Of a DNA stretch of 64,000 nt, positions 27,429 to 36,871 are shown in pieces. Source of the stretch: Thermodesulfobacteriota bacterium (GTDB lineage Bacteria > Desulfobacterota_D > UBA1144 > Nemesobacterales > Mycalebacteriaceae). The notes under the pieces were generated by a model that worked only from the letters and a program-made list of their open reading frames with translations, did no database searches and was not told the origin of the DNA. The position numbers and the translations under genes were made by a program. Location: NCBI GenBank assembly GCA_965226585.1, contig OZ245366.1, positions 224,001 through 288,000 on the forward strand, written 5' to 3'. The first letter of the stretch is position 1, and every line of letters starts with the position of its first letter.

Positions 27429-28823
27429 TTGACACAACCCGTCAAAACTGCGGCGGATGACACCATATCCGCAATCTCCACGCCGCCCGGCAAAGGCGGG
27501 ATATGCGTTATACGCATAAGCGGCGGGGAATCTCTTGCGATAATACGCAAAATTTTTATGTTTCACGTGAAACATCGCGACTTCAAACCGCGCGTGATGT
27601 ATGCCGGGTCGGTTGTTGACCCGCAAGACGGGTCGGTTGTTGACAGCGTTATGTGCGTGTTTATGAAGGCTCCGAACTCCCACACCGGAGAGGATTCCGC
27701 CGAGATTCACTGCCACGGCGGAAGCGCGGTTTCAGAAAGAATAATAGACCTGACCCTCAAATACGGATGCCGTCCGGCGGGTCCCGGAGAGTTCACCCGG
27801 CGGGCTTTTATGAACGGGAAGATAGATCTCACTCAGGCGCAAGCGGTGGCAGACATAATAAACGCGCAGACAGAACTGGGGCTCAGACAGGCGGGACTGC
27901 AACTCTCCGGCGGTCTTTCAGACAGAATAAACACACCAAAGGCGCGCCTTCTGGATGTTCTCGCTGAGATTGAGGCAAGGATAGATTTTCCCGAAGAGGA
28001 AACCGGAGAGGTTAAAACGGAAACCCTGAAAAAAGGGGCGGAAACCGTCCGCGGGGAGTTAGAATCCCTTCTTTCCACCTATGCGGCGGGAAGCCTCATA
28101 CGCGAAGGCGCGGGCGTTGCGATAGTGGGAAGCCCCAATGTCGGCAAATCAAGCATTATGAACGCCCTGCTCGGCAGAGAACGCTCCATAACAAGCGCGG
28201 AGCCGGGAACCACAAGAGACTACATTGAGGAACAGATATCCATAGACGGTATAACCGTCCGCCTCACAGACACGGCGGGAATAAGAGACGCGACAAGCGA
28301 AGCTGAAAAAACCGGCATAATGATGGCTCAGGACAAAGCCCTCGGGGCAGACATCAGGGTGCTTGTTGTTGATGGAAGCGAGCCTCTTTCCGGCGAAGAC
28401 AGAAAAGCGGTTGAGAATTGCCCTGAAAATACCGTTGTTGTGGTTAACAAGACGGATATGGGAACTGCCGGCATGAATGGCGTCCGGTGTGGAACGGGTG
28501 TGGAAAAAACCGTTTTTACATCGGCAAAAACAGGGGAAGGAATTGAAAATCTCAAAGAAACCATAGGGAAAACCCTGACGGAAAACACAGATCCCGTTGA
28601 AAGCAACGAAGCGGCTCTTACCGGAATCCGCCAGAAGCATTGTGTTGAAAACGCTCTCCGGGCAGTCAACCTGTTCCTGACTCTTATGGAGCAGAAGGAG
28701 TCGCCGGAAATACTGTCAATAAAGGTCAAAGAGGCAATGGACAGTCTGGGGGAGATAACGGGAGAAACCTCAACGGAAGATATGCTCGGTGTTATTTTCG
28801 GCAAATTCTGCATAGGAAAATAA
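27429..28823 (+). CDS. mnmE: tRNA modification GTPase MnmE
   Basis: DTISAISTP.G.GGI, GEFTRRAF.NGK.DL.QA, GSPNVGKSS, DTAG and FCIGK. Confidence 0.96.
   Translation: MTQPVKTAADDTISAISTPPGKGGICVIRISGGESLAIIRKIFMFHVKHRDFKPRVMYAGSVVDPQDGSVVDSVMCVFMKAPNSHTGEDSAEIHCHGGSAVSERIIDLTLKYGCRPAGPGEFTRRAFMNGKIDLTQAQAVADIINAQTELGLRQAGLQLSGGLSDRINTPKARLLDVLAEIEARIDFPEEETGEVKTETLKKGAETVRGELESLLSTYAAGSLIREGAGVAIVGSPNVGKSSIMNALLGRERSITSAEPGTTRDYIEEQISIDGITVRLTDTAGIRDATSEAEKTGIMMAQDKALGADIRVLVVDGSEPLSGEDRKAVENCPENTVVVVNKTDMGTAGMNGVRCGTGVEKTVFTSAKTGEGIENLKETIGKTLTENTDPVESNEAALTGIRQKHCVENALRAVNLFLTLMEQKESPEILSIKVKEAMDSLGEITGETSTEDMLGVIFGKFCIGK
27559..27574. promoter_or_regulatory. parS centromere-like site, inside mnmE
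   Basis: Perfect palindrome TGTTTCACGTGAAACA, the bacterial parS consensus. Confidence 0.92.
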
Positions 28824-28828
28824 CCCGG

Positions 28829-28844
28829 TGTTTCACGTGAAACA
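28829..28844. promoter_or_regulatory. parS centromere-like site
   Basis: Perfect palindrome TGTTTCACGTGAAACA just after the mnmE stop. Confidence 0.93.
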
Positions 28845-28870
28845 TTCCGCCTTTGAGCAAATTTCAAAAG

Positions 28871-29086
28871 TTTTCCACAACAAAGTGGACAACTGCCATG
28901 ACTTGTGGAACGGGGAATTGTGGAAAAGTTGTGGAAGATTGTGGAAACACTATTGAAAAGACAGGGTCAGGTCTTGTTTATATCCAGTTAAGTGCTTGCA
29001 ATACAATGTTTTTTATTTCCGCATAGCGTTTGTTAACAGATGTGGAAAAAGTAAGGGTCAGGTCTTGAAGTTGTATTTTATCCACA
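28871..29086. promoter_or_regulatory. DnaA-box cluster, separate from oriC
   Basis: TTTTCCACA 28871; TGTGGAA-type boxes at 28904, 28919, 28930, 28940 and 29041; perfect TTATCCACA at 29078. Confidence 0.75.
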
Positions 29087-29826
29087 GGTCGTATGCCTGA
29101 CAGGGAGTTTGTGGCAAAAACGAAATCCGCATGGCTCATATCTTCGGGTTGAATCATCAGTTCTGACACCTGAAAGCCGCTCTCGCGGGCTTTTTCCATC
29201 AAAAAGCCCCTTGTTATGCCCGGAAGTATCCCGCAGTGCTCAGGAGGCGTGAATATCTCCCCGTTTTTTCCCCAGAAGATGTTGCGGCACGTTGTTTCCG
29301 CCACACACCCGTCCTCCCCGCGCAGAAGGGCGTCATCAAAGCCCGCGTCTCCCGCCTCTCTCATTGCCGCAACATTTTCCAGATAATTAAGGGTTTTAAT
29401 CGCGGAAAGGGGCGAACTGTTCCTTGAATATCCCTTTTTTGAAAAAATTATTTTTAACGGAACCCCTGATAAATCATCGGTAATTTCGGTGACTGAAACA
29501 AGTATTTGAGAAAAACTCGGTTTTTCAAAAAAAGGAGAGGGCGGCGCGCCGGAAATAAGGCATATTTTAACGGCGCAGTCTGCAAAGCCGCTTTTTTCAA
29601 CCGCGCCCGCAATTTCCGCTTTTACGACTTCCGGGGGAGGAGAGGGAATTTCCAGAAATGCGGCGGCGCGTAAAAGTCTGTCAATGTGTCTTGAAATAAA
29701 AACCGGCGGCGCGCCTTTCCATCTCATTGTTTCAAAAACTCCGTCACCGTAAAAAACCGCTCTCGGAAAAATACCCTCAATATTTTTAATTTCTTTTCCG
29801 CCTGTGTATAAACGCTGTTTTGTCAT
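28978..29826 (-). CDS. Class IV aminotransferase / aminodeoxychorismate lyase (PabC-like)
   Basis: YGDGVFETMR, KTLNYL and GILPGITR. Adjacent to the pabB-like gene. Start MTKQ at 29826. Confidence 0.85.
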   Translation of the reverse strand: MTKQRLYTGGKEIKNIEGIFPRAVFYGDGVFETMRWKGAPPVFISRHIDRLLRAAAFLEIPSPPPEVVKAEIAGAVEKSGFADCAVKICLISGAPPSPFFEKPSFSQILVSVTEITDDLSGVPLKIIFSKKGYSRNSSPLSAIKTLNYLENVAAMREAGDAGFDDALLRGEDGCVAETTCRNIFWGKNGEIFTPPEHCGILPGITRGFLMEKARESGFQVSELMIQPEDMSHADFVFATNSLSGIRPVDKIQLQDLTLTFSTSVNKRYAEIKNIVLQALNWI

Positions 29827-29837
29827 AATAAATCCGT

Positions 29838-31073
29838 TTATTTTGTCATCCCCGCCGCATTCCTGAGAGCTTTGAGTTTCAAGGCGGTTTCCTGAAACTC
29901 TTTTTCGGGGTCTGAATCCCAGACAATTCCCGCGCCGCTCCAGCAGAACGCGGAGGAAGAGAAAATTTGCAAACATCTTATTGAAACGCTGAGACAGAAA
30001 TCGCCGCCGGGATAAAAAACACCCGCCGCTCCGCAATAGGGTCCCCTTGAATGCTGCTCAAGGGAATCTATAATTTCCAGCGCTTTCGGCTTGGGCGCTC
30101 CCGTAACCGAGCCCGGGGGGAATGTTTTTTTTATTATTTCGGGAACGGAAATGTTTTCTCTGAGAACGCCTTCCACTTCAGATTCCATGTGAAAAAGCGT
30201 TTCATACGATTTAATGTTGAAAACGGATTTTGTTTTCACACTTGACGGAACACATATCCTGCTGAGGTCGTTTCTCATCAGGTCGGTTATCATCAGTATT
30301 TCCGCTTTTTCCTTTTCACTGGAAGCGAGGGATTGCTTCATAATTAAATCCTCATCCGGACTCTCCCCGCGTTTTACCGTTCCCTTTATCGGACGCGAAA
30401 CCACCTTGCCGCCCGTTTTTTTCAAAAACAGCTCCATTGAGCCGCTTAAAAACTGAAAACATCCGAAATCCATATACGCGGCAAAGGGAACCGGCTGGGA
30501 ATTAAAAAGATCCATAAAAAAACCACCCGGCTCTTCGGGGGGCGGAAACTCCCACGCCTCAGACAAATTCACCTGATAGACATCTCCTTTTTCTATGAAT
30601 GTTTTAATTTTCCACACGTTTTCCACAAACTTTTTCTCCCGCGAATTAAAATTGAACTCCTCTGCGGTTCGGCGCGGGAGACGGCGCGTAAAAAACTCTT
30701 CGCCGATTTTTTCCGAGTGCGTTACGGAACTTTCAGGATAAAAATGAAAACTCACAACGGGCGGCGGGTTTTTTGAGGTTTTTTCGCGTAGGTTTGCCTT
30801 AACAAAACGGCCGTCATCGGAATTGGTCAGATACTCATATCCGATAAAGCCGACCGCGACATATCCGCCGGATGTTTTTTTTTCTATTTCCTCAAGCGGG
30901 TCACCGGTGATTTCACGGCTTTTTCCGCCTGAAAATATCACGGAGCCTGAGGATGATGAAGAGAGGGTGAATTCCGGTTTTCCGAAGGCAAGACAGCCGC
31001 CTGAGCCATCCCCAAGCCAGCCGCCCCCGGAATCAAGAAGCAGGGCGGACGGAAACTCATTTTCTGTCCGCAT
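29838..31073 (-). CDS. pabB: Aminodeoxychorismate synthase component I (chorismate-binding)
   Basis: GDVYQVNL, RPIKGT, EKEKAE..MITDL.RNDL and FPPGSVTGAPK. Confidence 0.82.
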   Translation of the reverse strand: MRTENEFPSALLLDSGGGWLGDGSGGCLAFGKPEFTLSSSSSGSVIFSGGKSREITGDPLEEIEKKTSGGYVAVGFIGYEYLTNSDDGRFVKANLREKTSKNPPPVVSFHFYPESSVTHSEKIGEEFFTRRLPRRTAEEFNFNSREKKFVENVWKIKTFIEKGDVYQVNLSEAWEFPPPEEPGGFFMDLFNSQPVPFAAYMDFGCFQFLSGSMELFLKKTGGKVVSRPIKGTVKRGESPDEDLIMKQSLASSEKEKAEILMITDLMRNDLSRICVPSSVKTKSVFNIKSYETLFHMESEVEGVLRENISVPEIIKKTFPPGSVTGAPKPKALEIIDSLEQHSRGPYCGAAGVFYPGGDFCLSVSIRCLQIFSSSAFCWSGAGIVWDSDPEKEFQETALKLKALRNAAGMTK

Positions 31074-31084
31074 TGTTAACCCCG

Positions 31085-33088
31085 TCAGGAATCCGACTTG
31101 ACGACTGAATCCCTGAGAATTTCAGCGACATCTTTTATCTGTATTTCTTCCGATTTGCCTTTGTATTTCGCCGCATCGTCAAACATCGTGTTGCAGAAAT
31201 AGCACGCAGTCGCGAGAGTGTCGGGCTTGAGGGCTTCGGCTTCATCAAACCTGTTCCAGTTCACCCTTGGAGACTCCTCCTCCATCCACACCTTTCCGCC
31301 ACCGGCGCCGCAGCAGAAACTGTTGCGTTTGGAGCGTTTCATCTCAACAAGGTCTATGCCGGATATGGACTTCAAAATCTCTCTGGGGGAGTCGTATATG
31401 TTGTTGTATCTGCCTATGTAGCAGGAGTCGTGATAGGTGATTTTCTCAGAAACCTCCCCTTCGGGTCTGATTTTTCCCTGTTTTACAAGATCAAGCAGGA
31501 AATCCGTGTGGTGAACCACATCATACTCGCCGCCGAACTGCGGATACTCGTTTTTGATTGTGTTGAAACAGTGCGGGCAGTTGGTGAGGATTTTTTTCAC
31601 CTTCAGGTCGTTCATGGTCTCAACATTCTGAGTCGCAAGTTCCTGATAAAGCGCCTCCTCTCCGAGCCGTCTGGCGGGGTCTCCGCTACAGGTTTCGGAA
31701 GGACCCATCACGGCGAAATCCACTCCCGACTTCACGAGAAGATCCACAACCGCCCTTGAAACCTCCTGCCCTCTGGGGTCAAACGCCCCGAAACAGCCCA
31801 TCCAGTACACAACTTCCACCGGCTCTGCGCTTTCAAGATCTTTTCCCAGTACGCGGACGCCGTCAACATCCGACAGCCAAGCCGCGCGGTCTGCGCCGTC
31901 AAAACCCCACGGATTGCCGTAGTTCTGCAGTTTTTGCAGAGTCCGGGTCGCGGGACCGGTCAGTTTTCCTTCAAGGGTCAGGTACCTGCGCATATCCACT
32001 ATTTTGCCCATCTGGTCTATGAACAGCGGGCACTGCTCAACACAGGCGTTGCAGGTTGTGCAAGCCCAGAGCTCTTCAGGCGTTATCCATTCCTGCGACG
32101 CCAGTTCCGCGCCCTCGCCCTCGGGCAGGCGGCCGTCCGCAATCTCCTTGCCTTCGCTTGAGATGTAGTGCCTCAGTTTGACAACAACATCGCGCGGCGA
32201 GAGAACCTTTTCCGTGTTCCATGCGGGGCAGTTGTCCGTGCATCTGCCGCACTCGGTGCATGTGTAGGAGTCCATCAGGTCTTTCCAGCTGAAATCCTCC
32301 ACTTTCCCCGCGCCAAAATGGTCAAGGTCTTCCGGTATGTTCTCAAAATCTATCTTGGAAAGCGCGCCGCGCGGATTCAGATTCTGGAAGAAAACGTTAA
32401 GGGCGGCGGTAAAAACATGGCTGTGCTTTGAGTAGGGCAGGTAGTTGAGAAAGCCCAGAAGTATGAGAACGTGAAACCACCAGAAGAATTCGCGCCAAAA
32501 GACCTGACCCCCGGCTGTCATGCCGGCGAAAAGCCCTGAAAACAGACTTGAGACGGGCAGAAAACCCTCAGGCGCGCCGCCAATCGCTATCCTTGCTCCG
32601 GTGTACAGAAAGGAGGACATCACAAGACCGAATATAAGACCGAGAACAACAACTGCGTCCGGCCCGTTCACCTCTCTCTTTTTGCCGAAAGTCAGCCGGT
32701 TTGTAACGCCCATGCACAGGGCGAGTATCACAAGCGCCTGCGTGATGTCCAGAATGAGTTCGTAGTAGTTGTGCCCGATGCCGGGAATGAGTTTGAACCC
32801 GGTTTCGGGAAAGAAAAGCCCGCTTACAAATATCTCAAAGGTTCCGATGGAGATAACGATGAATCCCCAGAAAATCATAAAATGCTCTATTCCGGCAAAG
32901 GTGTAGTTCTGCCACAGGCGGCGCTGTCCGAAAACGTAGATAAAAACCCGCTTTATCCTCTCGCCGATTCTGTCAAACCGGTTGTCCTCTTTTTTGCCGA
33001 GCCGCAAAAGGCGGATGAGGTTGTAGATGTTATAGAAGAAAAACCCGAAGGATGCGACCAGAAGGGCTGACATTATAAGCGGTTTCAT
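31085..33088 (-). CDS. Membrane-bound Fe-S oxidoreductase (FadF/HdrF-like, CCG domains)
   Basis: TM N-terminus, CTECGRCTDNCP, CTTCNACVEQCP, YHDSCYIGR and FCCGAGGG. Confidence 0.9.
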   Translation of the reverse strand: MKPLIMSALLVASFGFFFYNIYNLIRLLRLGKKEDNRFDRIGERIKRVFIYVFGQRRLWQNYTFAGIEHFMIFWGFIVISIGTFEIFVSGLFFPETGFKLIPGIGHNYYELILDITQALVILALCMGVTNRLTFGKKREVNGPDAVVVLGLIFGLVMSSFLYTGARIAIGGAPEGFLPVSSLFSGLFAGMTAGGQVFWREFFWWFHVLILLGFLNYLPYSKHSHVFTAALNVFFQNLNPRGALSKIDFENIPEDLDHFGAGKVEDFSWKDLMDSYTCTECGRCTDNCPAWNTEKVLSPRDVVVKLRHYISSEGKEIADGRLPEGEGAELASQEWITPEELWACTTCNACVEQCPLFIDQMGKIVDMRRYLTLEGKLTGPATRTLQKLQNYGNPWGFDGADRAAWLSDVDGVRVLGKDLESAEPVEVVYWMGCFGAFDPRGQEVSRAVVDLLVKSGVDFAVMGPSETCSGDPARRLGEEALYQELATQNVETMNDLKVKKILTNCPHCFNTIKNEYPQFGGEYDVVHHTDFLLDLVKQGKIRPEGEVSEKITYHDSCYIGRYNNIYDSPREILKSISGIDLVEMKRSKRNSFCCGAGGGKVWMEEESPRVNWNRFDEAEALKPDTLATACYFCNTMFDDAAKYKGKSEEIQIKDVAEILRDSVVKSDS

Positions 33089-33175
33089 ATTTTCACTCCC
33101 TACGGGCGCGCGCCCGTGCCGGATGCCGGAGTTATACTAAATAGGCGGCGGGAAAGGTCAAATCCGTTATCAAAC

Positions 33176-34729
33176 TTACACGCCCGTAACTTTCTTCTCT
33201 TTCCTGCTCGTGCGCCACCTGAGGCGGTTGAGCGCGTTCACAAACGCCTTCGCACTTGCGACAACAATGTCTGTGTCGGAAGCCCGCCCGCGTGATGACA
33301 CGCCCGCGTCCGCATCTGAGATTCTAACCGTAACTTCGCCCTGCGCATCTGTGCCGCCGGTTATGGATGAAATTTTATAGACCTCAAGTTTCGGAGCCGT
33401 GCCGGTCGCCTCTTTTATCGCCTTGTACGCGGCGTCAACGGGACCGCCGCCTTCTGAAAACGCGCTGACCTCTTTGCCGCCCGCAAGAAGCTTGACGGTG
33501 GCACCGGCGGTGGCGGAAGAGCCGCCCGTGAACTCCACACCGGCAAACTCGTAGTAGTCGGATGAGCCCATAAACTCACTGCTTATAAGCGCCTCTATGT
33601 CTTCGTCAAAAACGTATTTTTTCTTGTCGGCAAGAGCCTTGAACTTCACAAACGCCTCGTCAAACTGCGTGTCTGTGAGCGCGTAGCCAAAATCGTTCAG
33701 ACGGTCTCTGAAGGCGTGCCGCCCGGAATGTTTGCCGAGAACTATGGAACTTGACGATATTCCCACATCTTCGGGACTCATAATTTCGTAGGTGATTGTT
33801 TTGCTCAGAACGCCCGCCTGATGTATGCCCGCCTCGTGGGCAAAAGCGTTTGCGCCCACAACCGCCTTGTTGGGCTGAACGGACACGCCTGTTACCTGAG
33901 ACACAACCCTGCTTGAAGGGTATATCTGCTCGGTGGCGATTCCGGTGCGGAATGGATTGCGGTCGTTTCTGACCGAGATTGCCATGACTATCTCTTCAAG
34001 AGACGCGTTTCCGGCTCTCTCTCCCAAGCCGTTCACGGTGCACTCCACCTGACGCGCGCCGCATGAGACGGCGGCAAGCGAGTTCGCCACCGCAAGCCCG
34101 AGGTCGTTGTGGCAGTGGACGCTGAGAACCGCCTTGTCCAGCCCGTCAACCCTTTCCCTCAGTTGTCTTATGATTTCGGCGAATTCCTCAGGCACCGTGT
34201 AGCCGACCGTGTCGGGGATGTTGATTGTTGTGGCTCCGGCTTTTATGGCGAGGGAAACCACTTCGCAGAGATACTCAATGTCCGTGCGCGTGGCGTCTTC
34301 GCATGAAAACTCCACATTGGAAGTGAAGCCGCGCGCGTACGCAACGGAATCAGCGGCGATTTGCGCCACCTCATCCCGGGTTTTCCTGAGTTTGTGCTCA
34401 AGGTGTATGTCGGAGGTCGCTATAAAGGTGTGTATTCGCGGGTTTTCCGCATGCTTTACGGCTTCCCAGCCCCTGTCTATGTCTCCCTTTGCCGCTCTGC
34501 ACAGAGCAGCTATCTCGCATCCCTTTATCTTTTTTGCTATCTCGCGGACGGAAAGAAAGTCTTCTTCTGACGAAATGGGAAATCCCGCTTCTATAACGTC
34601 AACGCCGAGACGTTCTAGCTGAGAGGCGACCCGCAGTTTTTCCGGCGCGGTCATTCCGCATCCGGGTGCCTGCTCGCCGTCCCTGAGGGTCGTGTCAAAT
34701 ATTTTTATGTAGTCCGGTGGCATAGCCAT
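33176..34729 (-). CDS. leuA: 2-isopropylmalate synthase
   Basis: DTTLRDGEQ, HCHNDLG, GERAGNA and LGKHSGR, plus the regulatory domain. Confidence 0.95.
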   Translation of the reverse strand: MAMPPDYIKIFDTTLRDGEQAPGCGMTAPEKLRVASQLERLGVDVIEAGFPISSEEDFLSVREIAKKIKGCEIAALCRAAKGDIDRGWEAVKHAENPRIHTFIATSDIHLEHKLRKTRDEVAQIAADSVAYARGFTSNVEFSCEDATRTDIEYLCEVVSLAIKAGATTINIPDTVGYTVPEEFAEIIRQLRERVDGLDKAVLSVHCHNDLGLAVANSLAAVSCGARQVECTVNGLGERAGNASLEEIVMAISVRNDRNPFRTGIATEQIYPSSRVVSQVTGVSVQPNKAVVGANAFAHEAGIHQAGVLSKTITYEIMSPEDVGISSSSIVLGKHSGRHAFRDRLNDFGYALTDTQFDEAFVKFKALADKKKYVFDEDIEALISSEFMGSSDYYEFAGVEFTGGSSATAGATVKLLAGGKEVSAFSEGGGPVDAAYKAIKEATGTAPKLEVYKISSITGGTDAQGEVTVRISDADAGVSSRGRASDTDIVVASAKAFVNALNRLRWRTSRKEKKVTGV

Positions 34730-34752
34730 TCTCGAAATTTGCGCGGGTTTAT

Positions 34753-34826
34753 TGGCTGGGGGACCGGGATTCGAACCCGGACTGACGGTTCCAGAGACCG
34801 CTGTACTGCCGTTATACTATCCCCCA
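34753..34826 (-). tRNA. tRNA-Gln(CTG)
   Basis: Reverse complement TGGGGGA...GCGGT-CTCTGGA-ACCGT...GGTTCGAATCC...CCCCCAGCCA. CCA is encoded. Confidence 0.95.
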
Positions 34827-34906
34827 CTCACGCCTCGCGGCGGCGTTAATACTACACAAAACGCCGCCAATTTGAACAGTTTTGAATGAGGAAGTAAAAT
34901 GCCTTT

Positions 34907-36871
34907 TTGAAAACCTTTCCGGAAATCCGCATGGTTAAACTTTTTTTTCCCGCCGCTCTTTTCGCGTCAGCACTTTTTGCTTTATGCGTTTTTTCTCCCC
35001 CGGCAGTCGCCGGGGGGTATGAGGAAAAACTCGGAAACGCCTACCGGGCGGTGAAAACGGAGCCCGAAAAATCGCTCTCCCTTCTCTACGATCTGGAAAA
35101 TAAAATTCCCGAACTCAAAGAATACGTTTTTTTCATCAGAGGTCTCGCCCTTGACGAGCAGGGAAACGCGCTTGCGGCGGATATGTACAGAATTGCCGCC
35201 GCCTCAAAAGCTTTGAAAGCGGACGCGCTTGAAAAACAGGCGGACGCGCTTGAAAAAAACGGACATTCCGCGGAAGCAAGCGGCATATACAAAAAATTGA
35301 TGATGGCGGGAACGGCGAAGAAAAAAGCGGTTTACCTTAAAAAACTTGCGGAGATAGAGGAAAAAAGCGGGCGAAAATCAAAAGCGGCGGACATATGGGA
35401 GAGAATATGGAAAGAGTATCCGGCAAGCGGTGAAGGCGGGGAGGCGCCTGAAAAAATCGCCGCATTGAGAGGCAGTTTTGCGCCTGACGAGAAAGACACG
35501 GCGGAGAGAGCGGACGGATTTTTTAAGAGGAAAAAATGCGGGCGAGCTCTTTCAGAGTATAAAAAGCTGCCCGAAACCCCGCAAAGAAATTTGAGGCGCG
35601 CCGTGTGTATTTACAGAACATCACGCAAAAACGCGCGTATGTTGAAAAAAGCCCTCGCCCTTGTGGAAAAACCCCGCTCGGCGGAGGCGGGATACAGAAA
35701 AGGCCTCATTATTGAAAGAATCGCGAAAATATCCGGTTCGGAAAGGAGAAGAAAAAAGAATCTGCGCAAGGCGGCGCGGGTATACAGGGCAACCCACAAA
35801 AACTTTCCGGAGGACGAATGGACGGGAAAATCACTTCTGAAAGAGCAGGCAATCGCCGTCAAACTGGTGGGCGCGAAAGAGGTGGAAAAGATTTATTTTA
35901 TAATAAGAAAACATCACCCGGCTCATCTTGAAGAAGCGGCATGGAACGCCGGATGGGCTTACTATGCGGACGGGAATTACAAAAAAGCGGCGGAAATATT
36001 TTCCGCAAACCGCAGGGAAAAAAGACCCTTTCTGCGTGGGCAGTTTGTCTACTGGAGAGCGCGAATTCTTGAAAAAGCGGGCAAAAAAACCGAAGCGGAA
36101 AAGCTTTTTTCCGAAGTCGCCGCAAGGCGGTTCAGTTACTACTCCTATCTGGCTTCAGAAAGAACGGGGCACAACTTGTTTTCCGTTCCCGCCAAACTTG
36201 TGAGAAGAAAGTCCCCGGGATTAAAAAGGGCGCGCCTCCTCATAAAAGCCGGTCTCACCGGGTGGGCGAAAACCGAAGCGAAACTGGTTGCCCGCAAACG
36301 CCCCGCAGAGGCGTGCGCAATCCTCGCCGGGACGGGAAATTTCAGTTTTTGCATCAGCCTCGCGGGGCTTGAGCCGGAGCCCGGAAAGATGCGTCTCGCC
36401 TTCCCTGAGGGTTTTAAAAATGACGTGAAAAAACAGTCAAAAAAACAAGAGCTGGATGAAAAGCTGGTCTACTCTCTCATACGCGAAGAGAGCCGTTTTG
36501 TTCAGAACGCAGTTTCCCACGCAGATGCCTACGGTCTTATGCAGCTGCTGGTTTCCACGGCGAAAGACATGGCGGAGAAAGACGGCGTTTCGGAAGTAAC
36601 GCCCCGAAAACTGTTTGGCGCGGAACTGAACATAAAACTGGGTTCCCGCTACCTGTCTGCGATGTTGAAAAAGTTCGGGGGAAAAACGGCGGTCGCTCTT
36701 GCCGCCTACAATGCGGGTCCTTCAAGGGTGAAAAACTGGGTTGAGGGCCCTCTCAAAAACCTTGAGCCCGATGAGTTCACCGAAAGCATCCCTTTTGAAG
36801 AAACCAGAGACTATGTCCGGCGCATATTCAGAAGTTACGGGGCTTACATCACGGTCTATAAGCCGTACTGA
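34907..36871 (+). CDS. Soluble lytic transglycosylase (Slt70-like, TPR-like N-terminal region); start uncertain (ATG 34931 possible)
   Basis: IREESRF, A.GLMQL, AAYNAGP and ETRDYV. Confidence 0.88.
   Translation: MKTFPEIRMVKLFFPAALFASALFALCVFSPPAVAGGYEEKLGNAYRAVKTEPEKSLSLLYDLENKIPELKEYVFFIRGLALDEQGNALAADMYRIAAASKALKADALEKQADALEKNGHSAEASGIYKKLMMAGTAKKKAVYLKKLAEIEEKSGRKSKAADIWERIWKEYPASGEGGEAPEKIAALRGSFAPDEKDTAERADGFFKRKKCGRALSEYKKLPETPQRNLRRAVCIYRTSRKNARMLKKALALVEKPRSAEAGYRKGLIIERIAKISGSERRRKKNLRKAARVYRATHKNFPEDEWTGKSLLKEQAIAVKLVGAKEVEKIYFIIRKHHPAHLEEAAWNAGWAYYADGNYKKAAEIFSANRREKRPFLRGQFVYWRARILEKAGKKTEAEKLFSEVAARRFSYYSYLASERTGHNLFSVPAKLVRRKSPGLKRARLLIKAGLTGWAKTEAKLVARKRPAEACAILAGTGNFSFCISLAGLEPEPGKMRLAFPEGFKNDVKKQSKKQELDEKLVYSLIREESRFVQNAVSHADAYGLMQLLVSTAKDMAEKDGVSEVTPRKLFGAELNIKLGSRYLSAMLKKFGGKTAVALAAYNAGPSRVKNWVEGPLKNLEPDEFTESIPFEETRDYVRRIFRSYGAYITVYKPY

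Larger units (their letters stand above)
25539..32511. repeat. Dispersed GGGTCAGGTCT motif, five copies
   Basis: 25539-25552 (+), 27746-27757 (-), 28963-28976 (+), 29054-29067 (+) and 32499-32511 (-). Confidence 0.7.

Noticed and set aside
35219..35258. Short tandem duplication GCGGACGCGCTTGAAAAA (ADALEK twice) in the slt gene
   Set aside because: This is a small in-frame duplication in a helical repeat region with no evidence of function.
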